DNA from: Amoebidium appalachense
Taxonomy: Eukaryota > Protista > Ichthyosporea
DNA length: 5,008 nucleotides
Direction: 5' to 3'
NCBI GenBank assembly: GCA_963693365.1
Contig: CAVNZM010000139.1
Location: forward strand, 1 to 5,008
In this document: one piece after another, positions 1-4,893 of the stretch
Position numbering within the stretch: the stretch's first letter is position 1
How the letters are laid out: every line of letters starts with the position of its first letter
Translations under genes and position numbers: made by a program
The notes under the pieces: generated by a model
Told to the model about the DNA's origin: nothing
What the model saw: only the letters and a program-made list of their open reading frames with translations
Databases searched by the model: none

Positions 1-507
1 ATACGAATACTCGGCCAACACACAACTGAAAACCTTCTTGTCTTCATAGATTACAGGCCATAGGTCTTGGTCGTATAGAGCACTGTCACGATATGTCATG
101 AACGCGATGCATTTGCCAGCAACGTCATCCCAATCAGCTTTGTAGGAGCGATGTACTTCGACGTCGGGCGAAAAAATAGAATCGGCATCGATTTTTTTCA
201 AACACAACCGGAAGTCACGAACACCAATTGTTGCTATACCAGAGGTGTCGGGGGTGAGATGTGCACAAACGTCGAGCAACTTATCCAACAAAAAATCGTA
301 TTCGTCAATCGAATCGACGACAGTTTCGTTAGTCACCGCGAGGACCTGTGCGTGATACCACAATCTGGCAAGGGAAGGCAGGGAAACCCGCATGTTGCTT
401 TGCATGCTCGGGTCACGCTTGTCGGAGGGTCTTGTTTCCAGTGCATCAAAGAAATCAATAATAACCCGAAAAGTCCCGGAGACACGAGCATAGCGAATAG
501 AAGCCAT
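1..507 (-). CDS. Hypothetical protein, N-terminal 169 aa; the 3' end runs off the window
   Basis: Manual translation shows the frame open from ATG 507 to position 1: MASIRYARVSGTFRVIIDFFDALETRPSDKRDPSMQSNMRVSLPSLARLWYHAQVLAVTNETVVDSIDEYDFLLDKLLDVCAHL...DLWPVIYEDKKVFSCVLAEYSY. The start context is strong (ACAATGG) and the composition looks globular. It is absent from the ORF track because it has no stop in the window. Confidence 0.72.
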   Translation of the reverse strand, partial: MASIRYARVSGTFRVIIDFFDALETRPSDKRDPSMQSNMRVSLPSLARLWYHAQVLAVTNETVVDSIDEYDFLLDKLLDVCAHLTPDTSGIATIGVRDFRLCLKKIDADSIFSPDVEVHRSYKADWDDVAGKCIAFMTYRDSALYDQDLWPVIYEDKKVFSCVLAEYSY

Positions 508-597
508 TGTGAACCCGTTAACAAGAACGATTCCAAACAGACTTACAAACACAATCAAACACCGAAATTTTGTGTCGCTACATGTCACGGTTCGTAG

Positions 598-920
598 ACG
601 ATGGAAAACAGAAAAAAAAAATCTCTTCTAAAAAGGGACGCTTACAACACGGCTCGTTCACGATGGAAAACAGAAAAAAAAAAATCTCTTCTAAAAAGGG
701 ACGCTTACAACACGGCTCGTTCACGATAGAAAACAGAAAAAAAAATCTCTTCTAAAAAGGGACGCTTACAACACGGCTCGTTCACGATGGAAAACAGAAA
801 AAAAATCTCTTCTAAAAAGGGACGCTTACAACACGGCTCGTTCACGATGGAAAACAGAAAAAAAAATCTCTTCTAAAAAGGGACGCTTACAACACGGCTC
901 GTTCACGATGGAAAACAGAA
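598..920. repeat. Tandem repeat array A: 5 full units of 60-63 bp plus a 16-bp partial unit
   Basis: Unit ACGATGGAAAACAG-A(n)-TCTCTTCTAAAAAGGGACGCTTACAACACGGCTCGTTC starts at 598, 660, 723, 784, 844 and 905 (partial). A-runs are 10, 11, 9, 8 and 9. There is one substitution (G>A at 728) and a degenerate lead-in at 586-597. Confidence 0.97.
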
Positions 921-1040
921 GGCTTCTGCGACGCGAAGAGTCCTTATAAACATCTGCATTAGCGCAACCACCAAAACGAACCAATGCGCATCACGTAGGG
1001 TTCAACTCAGCAAGAAACATAGCAAATCAAAACAATGCTT

Positions 1041-1134
1041 TAATTTCGCTTGGCCAATTAAAGGGCTCGCCTTTCACGTTTTTTTGGAGTGTATTATTTC
1101 GTCTGGCCAATCAAGTGGCCTCGCGTTTCGCTTT
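1041..1134. repeat. Degenerate direct repeat pair (~40 bp, 53-bp offset) centred on TGGCCAAT
   Basis: 1041-1080 TAATTTCGCTTGGCCAATTAAAGGGC-TCGCCTTTCACGTT aligns to 1094-1134 TTATTTCGTCTGGCCAATCAAGTGGCCTCGCGTTTCGCTTT, with 31 of 41 columns identical by hand alignment. Confidence 0.65.
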
Positions 1135-1230
1135 GCAAAAAAAAATAAAGTTCGCCGAGTGAACAACCAACGAAACCACGCAAAAAGCACGCCACCACAC
1201 ATGCTTCCCATTATGGTGACTACCGCGGCG

Positions 1231-1457
1231 TTCGGGACCAATCAGATCAGCGGTCAAACCACGCGAACCAATCAGATCAACGGTCAAACCGGGCGGACCA
1301 ATCAGATCAGCGGTCAAACCGGCGGACTAATCAGATTAGAGGTCAAACCGGGCGGACTAATCAGATCAGAGGTCAAACCGGGCGGACCAATTAGATCAGC
1401 GGTCAAACCACGCGAACTAATCAGATCAGAGGTCAAACCGGGCGGACCAACCAGATC
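1231..1457. repeat. Tandem repeat array B: 7 full units of 30 bp (one is 29 bp) plus a partial unit, rich in transcription-factor motifs
   Basis: Consensus GGGCGGACCAATCAGATCAGCGGTCAAACC. Units start at 1231, 1261, 1291, 1321 (29 bp), 1350, 1380, 1410 and 1440 (partial). Confidence 0.97.
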
Positions 1458-1536
1458 CGATTTAGATACGGATCGAAAAAAAAGGCCCAGGCGGTGCTGT
1501 GAAGGGTCGTATCGCGCGACAGACACAGCCTTCCTC

Positions 1537-1547
1537 TTTTTATTGGT
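1537..1547. promoter_or_regulatory. TTTTTATTGGT motif: candidate promoter element for the + ORF at 1559 and/or minus-strand AATAAA (1544-1539) for the 1809-2141 gene
   Basis: Ends 11 nt before ATG 1559. The identical 11-mer precedes ATG 3646 on the minus strand. It is also the first minus-strand AATAAA downstream of the stop at 1809. Confidence 0.45.
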
Positions 1548-1558
1548 ACAAGTGCACA

Positions 1559-1828
1559 ATGTGGCCTTGGGTAGTCGCGTCCGCCATCTCATTCGTCCTG
1601 TTCTGGTTGACGCTGATATCATGTGACGTTCATAGAATAAACAGATCACTGAAGCAAAAAACCGGGCCCCACCCAATACTGGACCCATTGTGCGACAACT
1701 TCATGATTCGCTGGCTGTGGATACTGTTGCCACTAATGCTTGCATATACATACACCACATCCACACAATTCACCGAGACGGAAACCACACAGAAAATACT
1801 TTCAGGTGCTACACCCGTATCAACTTGA
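1559..1828 (+). CDS. Putative small membrane protein, 89 aa, with two hydrophobic segments and a Thr-rich tail
   Basis: ATG 1559 has A at -3 (GCACAATG). MWPWVVASAISFVLFWLTLISC and FMIRWLWILLPLMLAY are hydrophobic stretches of roughly TM length, followed by TYTTSTQFTETETTQ. Caveat: an internal plus-strand AATAAA at 1636-1641. Confidence 0.5.
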   Translation: MWPWVVASAISFVLFWLTLISCDVHRINRSLKQKTGPHPILDPLCDNFMIRWLWILLPLMLAYTYTTSTQFTETETTQKILSGATPVST

Positions 1829-2141
1829 AACGACCCACCTCCCACCAGGGCTCTCGCTTGGCAATCACCACGACTTCCGGTACACGAGATTGTGTTTTTG
1901 TCAAAACACCGACGAGTTCACCGACATTCCAACATATATCTGGAATCGACAGGCTGCTCGCCAACGCGTTCACAACAAAGCGGCTTTTTTGATCCACTCC
2001 ACATACTTGTGTAATCAAATCACTCGTCGCGGAAAGAACCACAGTCCCAGAGTGAGCACGCGCGCTGCGCAGCATGTTGTCTAACCGCCCGCGATCTCCC
2101 ACGTACCAATAACACCCTGGGTTGTACACTTCCACGTCCAT
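1809..2141 (-). CDS. Hypothetical protein, 110 aa (MDVEVYNPGCYWYVGD...WWEVGRFKLIRV)
   Basis: The first ATG of the 1809..2186 ORF is at 2141 in a good context (GAAATGG). It sits just downstream of the polyA signal of the preceding co-oriented gene and has globular composition. Confidence 0.55.
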   Translation of the reverse strand: MDVEVYNPGCYWYVGDRGRLDNMLRSARAHSGTVVLSATSDLITQVCGVDQKSRFVVNALASSLSIPDICWNVGELVGVLTKTQSRVPEVVVIAKREPWWEVGRFKLIRV

Positions 2142-2191
2142 TTCACAAGGAAAAAGATTAAATTGACACGACAGACCAACGATCACTGGGT

Positions 2192-2197
2192 TTTATT
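2192..2197 (-). terminator. Polyadenylation signal AATAAA for the 2244-3122 gene
   Basis: Lies 46 nt after the TGA and is followed on the minus strand by a GT-rich element (GTTGGTCTGTCGTGTC). Confidence 0.65.
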
Positions 2198-2243
2198 GTT
2201 TATCAATATACAAATGACCAGATACAGTGCCACCGGTGACCAG

Positions 2244-3122
2244 TCACCTGCAAAGTGCGTGTCCTACATGGCCCGAGTTGTTCCACGGTGTCGGTCTTCT
2301 ACGCAGTCTGCGAGGCAGGCCGAAGAACTCGGTTGTGCGGTTGCGGGCGTGGACGGTGTCCAACACGGCGTCCCTTAGCGGCAGACCCGCGTTCTCGACC
2401 TGGACGATGACCCGCTCAAAGAACGGGTCGAGCCACTCGGCGGCCCAGTCGTCAAGCGCGGTGGTGAAGTCTTGAGCGGCCACAGCGCCGGGGGCCATCG
2501 AAACGGGGGCACCGTGCTCGATCCCGACGCGGTAGGCACCCTCTTGCAGGGTGGACGGAGGCGCGGCAGGCGATGGGGTAGTGCGTACGACGTCCTCAAA
2601 CAGGAGGCTGGGCATGACCCAGTAGGGTTTCCTGGAGATGGCAGGCGCCACACCATCGACTTCATCCAAGTCGGGATCCCCAAAAACGTTCCAGAAAACC
2701 CATCCGTCTCTGGTCGGCTTGGTGGCGTATATGGGGGGCAGTCGTTCACATCCGTAGCCATACCCCATGCCGGCCTCACTGTCGCTGAGCATGGTGTCGA
2801 ATTCATAGTAGTATTCGCTGAGGGTCGGGTCGGTAACGGGGTGTCCGGGCTTGTACAGTTTGATGTAGCTGAGGATGGAACGTTCGTCGCGCTCATAACG
2901 AGTCATGCCATTTACACCAACACTCTGGACACTGATCTGTCCGTTTGACAGAATGGGAATAGCCACCCTGTGTTCGTGGTCCCATCTCGGCTCACTTAGC
3001 CACGACCAATCCCGGCCATCGCCCGTGGATTCTGTAACGCATTCAAATTTGCGGTCTAGGTACCTCGTGAGCTCGTCCTCCGTGGCGATGCGGGTCAGTT
3101 CCATGCGCGCCGGCATTTTCAT
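2244..3122 (-). CDS. Hypothetical protein, 292 aa, with a basic NLS-like C-terminal patch (PRRLRRRP)
   Basis: Long ATG-initiated ORF with G/C-ending codon bias, bracketed by TATAAAA upstream and AATAAA downstream. The second ATG (3116) has the better Kozak context. No family recognised. Confidence 0.85.
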   Translation of the reverse strand: MKMPARMELTRIATEDELTRYLDRKFECVTESTGDGRDWSWLSEPRWDHEHRVAIPILSNGQISVQSVGVNGMTRYERDERSILSYIKLYKPGHPVTDPTLSEYYYEFDTMLSDSEAGMGYGYGCERLPPIYATKPTRDGWVFWNVFGDPDLDEVDGVAPAISRKPYWVMPSLLFEDVVRTTPSPAAPPSTLQEGAYRVGIEHGAPVSMAPGAVAAQDFTTALDDWAAEWLDPFFERVIVQVENAGLPLRDAVLDTVHARNRTTEFFGLPRRLRRRPTPWNNSGHVGHALCR

Positions 3123-3184
3123 AACAGAGAATGTTCATGTGAAAGTGGAAATGCGAACTGGTGGCCTGTTCTTGTGTGGTAAGC

Positions 3185-3320
3185 TTTTATACCGGATGTC
3201 GCGCAAGCATCAAGCCAATCAGATTTCACACCCGTCAACCAATCAAGAACCAGATAAAGAGCAAACACAAGATCCACCAATCGGAAATCAGAAGTCACAT
3301 CCAAAGACCTTGCACCAATC
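3185..3320 (-). promoter_or_regulatory. RNA polymerase II-type promoter: TATA box plus four CCAAT boxes
   Basis: TATAAAA at 3191-3185 (minus) lies 62 nt before ATG 3122. An Ets-like ACCGGATGT is at 3191-3199. CCAATC starts at 3215, 3239, 3277 and 3315 on the + strand, inverted relative to the gene. Confidence 0.7.
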
Positions 3321-3355
3321 AAAGCCACAACATCCCCCCTGATCTGTCGCCCTGC

Positions 3356-3646
3356 CTAGTTCTCTTTATTTTCCATGGGCGGCTCCGGCTCGTCATCGGG
3401 TTCTAACATCCTTTGCATGACAATCGCGGTCATGGCCTGGTTCTTGGGCACCCAGTGCTTGAACCCACACTTCCGCGCGAGCTCGTCGGGCAGGTCGATG
3501 TAGCCCTTCTCCGCGAGCTCCCTGGCGTAGCGCTGCTTCTCGCGCTCGGTGTGGCGTTGCGTTTCCTCTGTGGGCACAACCGTGGCCTGGATGACGGGGG
3601 CCTTGCCTGGCTCCTCCTTGAGCTTGTATTCCCAGCGATACGCCAT
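3356..3646 (-). CDS. Hypothetical protein, 96 aa, highly charged
   Basis: ATG-initiated, with strong G/C-ending codon bias (AAG CTC AAG GAG GAG...) and an AATAAA embedded in its last codons. No family recognised. Confidence 0.8.
   Translation of the reverse strand: MAYRWEYKLKEEPGKAPVIQATVVPTEETQRHTEREKQRYARELAEKGYIDLPDELARKCGFKHWVPKNQAMTAIVMQRMLEPDDEPEPPMENKEN
3365..3370 (-). terminator. Polyadenylation signal AATAAA overlapping the last codons of the 96-aa gene
   Basis: The gene ends GAA AAT AAA GAG AAC TAG. This is the only minus-strand AATAAA between this gene's start and the next gene. Confidence 0.55.
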
Positions 3647-3655
3647 ACGTGTGGC

Positions 3656-3666
3656 ACCAATAAAAA
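3656..3666 (-). promoter_or_regulatory. TTTTTATTGGT motif, candidate promoter element of the 96-aa gene
   Basis: Ends 9 nt before ATG 3646 and is identical to the 11-mer at 1537-1547. Confidence 0.4.
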
Positions 3667-3678
3667 TACAAACAGACG

Positions 3679-3684
3679 TTTATT
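3679..3684 (-). terminator. Polyadenylation signal AATAAA for the disrupted LRR-like gene
   Basis: Follows a CA-rich UTR-like stretch and is followed by the GT/T-rich sequence GTCTGTTTGTATTTTT. Confidence 0.6.
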
Positions 3685-3689
3685 GAGTT

Positions 3690-3761
3690 TGTGTGTCGCG
3701 AAGGCGGGGGCCAGCCCCGCGTGTGTGTTGTGAAATGTACATGGTGTGTGTGCGTGTGTGT
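3690..3761. repeat. Low-complexity (GT/CA)n-rich tract around a short GC inverted repeat
   Basis: TGTGTGT at 3690, GTGTGTGTTGTG at 3721 and GTGTGTGTGCGTGTGTGT at 3744. GCGGGG (3704-3709) pairs with CCCCGC (3715-3720). Confidence 0.5.
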
Positions 3762-4717
3762 TCGAGCCTGCGGCGCGCGTGCAAACAGGCCGTGTGCGAC
3801 CTCGTAGAACTGGGCCGTTTCACCGACCCTCCACTTCTCGCCGGCGAGCTCGACGACGACCGGATCGGACGTGATGGGGGTGATGAGGCGCGGACGAGGC
3901 GCGCCCTCCGTGTCCAAGGAGACGCTCGCAAAGCCCTCCATGACTAGGAAGGAGGGGTGCTCGGGAAGGCACATGCCGCGGACGCGCGGGTGGTAAGGAC
4001 TTGCAACGATCCAGACGATGGACAGGTGGCGCAGCCTGCACAGGGTGCGGATAGCGCGCATGAACGACGCGGTCCATACTGCGCGGACAGCGACCAGGGT
4101 CTCCATGTCGTAGGCGCGCCACGGGGTGAAGTGGTTCGTCATGGTCAGGCGCTGGACTGCGCGGATGAAGAGCACGGGGCGCGGGGGGTCGGTGTAGGTG
4201 TCGTCGTCGTCGCTGGGCAGGTCGGTGTCGACGTGTGTGATGCGCACGGTCTTGCAGTTTGAGATGCGACCGCGGACGAAGCACGCGGACAGCTGGACGG
4301 CAGAGGCGTTCGCGATGACGCCCTCGATGAACAGGTCACCGTAGAAGGTGACATCGACGGTCTCGAGCGCCGTGCAGGCGTAGAAGCCCACGGGGTGCAG
4401 TGCGGCGTCGGCCTCGAAGAGCTCAGACCTGTTGAGTTGGATCAGACGGTCGCCCTTCTCCGACTGGTCGTCCCACATGAGCTCGTTATGCACAGGTGGC
4501 GGAGGCCGAGGGGCAGCTTGACGGTGATGGACTGGTTCAGATCGCGTGAGAAGAGGGGCTACACGATGTCCAGGGTGATCACCTCCATGGCGCTCCTGGT
4601 CGAGAAGTCGATCTTGACGGTGGGGTGGAACAGGTGTGCCCTGATGTTGGCTTCGAGGTCTGGGTTGTCGACCTCCTCCTTGAGCAGAAAGTACGGTCCC
4701 TCGGTGATAAGCGCCAT
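3762..4717 (-). pseudogene. Disrupted gene, reconstructed at ~318 aa, possibly an LRR-like solenoid protein
   Basis: ATG 4717 (AGAATGG) gives 52 codons, then an in-frame TAG at 4561-4559. A further 23 codons follow (PLFSRDLNQSITVKLPLGLRHLC; 21 of 23 end in G/C). TGC AT_ AAC GAG CTC ATG at 4492-4476 needs one extra base to join the frame NELMWDD...FARAPQA. Codon bias ends near 3765. LxxLxL-like units: LRHLCI, LETVDV, VQRLTM, METLVA, LRHLSI. Confidence 0.65.
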
Positions 4718-4758
4718 TCTTGTGTGGGTTCCCGTGTTTGCCCGGTGAGATTCTTGGA

Positions 4759-4893
4759 GCCATTTTAATGGCCGTTGCCGCTTGGGATACGATGACGTCA
4801 TCGCCCAATGGCGATTTCCGCCCAAGAGCGCCCATCCAATCCAATCAAGGACGTCCACGAGCACCCACCCAATCGGGAGGTGTCGTTACGTCA
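4759..4893 (-). promoter_or_regulatory. Motif-dense RNA polymerase II-type promoter upstream of ATG 4717
   Basis: GCCATTTTAATGGC at 4759-4772 (YY1-like on both strands, TATA-like ATTAAAA on minus). Perfect palindrome CGATGACGTCATCG at 4790-4803 with a full CRE. CCAAT at 4805, 4836, 4841 and 4869. GC box CCGCCC at 4818-4823. CRE-like TTACGTCA at 4886-4893. Confidence 0.62.

Noticed and set aside
541-546. Minus-strand GTAAGT, and GTAAG in each array A unit, as a splice donor or baculovirus-type late promoter
   Set aside because: The motif is too short to be significant. No acceptor or intron is needed to explain the ORF, and TAAG does not precede the other genes on their coding strand.
151-597. 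148-aa plus-strand ORF and the 333..536 minus ORF
   Set aside because: Both overlap the better-supported minus-strand ORF from ATG 507. The first is its antisense shadow and the second is listed from a TTG.
570-755. 61-aa Lys-rich ORF in array A
   Set aside because: It is a translation of the repeat. A-run length changes are mostly not multiples of three, so the frame is not preserved.
598-920. Array A or B as a CRISPR array
   Set aside because: Units are head-to-tail with no unique spacers, and no cas-like gene is present.
1454-1483. Hairpin plus A8 as a bacterial intrinsic terminator
   Set aside because: The polarity is wrong: the T-run lies 5' of the hairpin on the minus strand. The stem is only 6 bp and the context is eukaryotic.
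1084-1626. 180-aa ORF (141 aa from ATG 1201) through array B, with RKKRPRR and an AATAAA shortly after its stop
   Set aside because: The 29-bp unit switches the peptide repeat midway (TNQISGQTGR to LIRSEVKPGG), which argues against protein-level selection. Stop-poor 30-bp units open ORFs on both strands. It is not fully excluded because of the AATAAA at 1636-1641.
1630-2084. ORFs 1630..1845 (-), 1690..1992 (+) and 1740..2084 (+)
   Set aside because: They are listed from non-ATG starts and overlap the better-supported 1559-1828 and 1809-2141 ORFs.
2163-4748. Overlapping plus-strand and alternate-frame ORFs (e.g. 2472..2948, 2375..2896, 2905..3342, 3413..3733, 3820..4284, 3957..4262, 4395..4748)
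   Set aside because: These are expected shadow ORFs of GC3-rich genes, with R/P/G/S-biased translations and often non-ATG starts.
3393-4844. 483-aa ORF as one intact gene
   Set aside because: It has a non-ATG start. The first ~119 residues are promoter or off-frame translation, and the last ~123 are UTR-like repeats plus an off-frame overlap with the 96-aa gene. Only ~4487-3765 looks coding in this frame.
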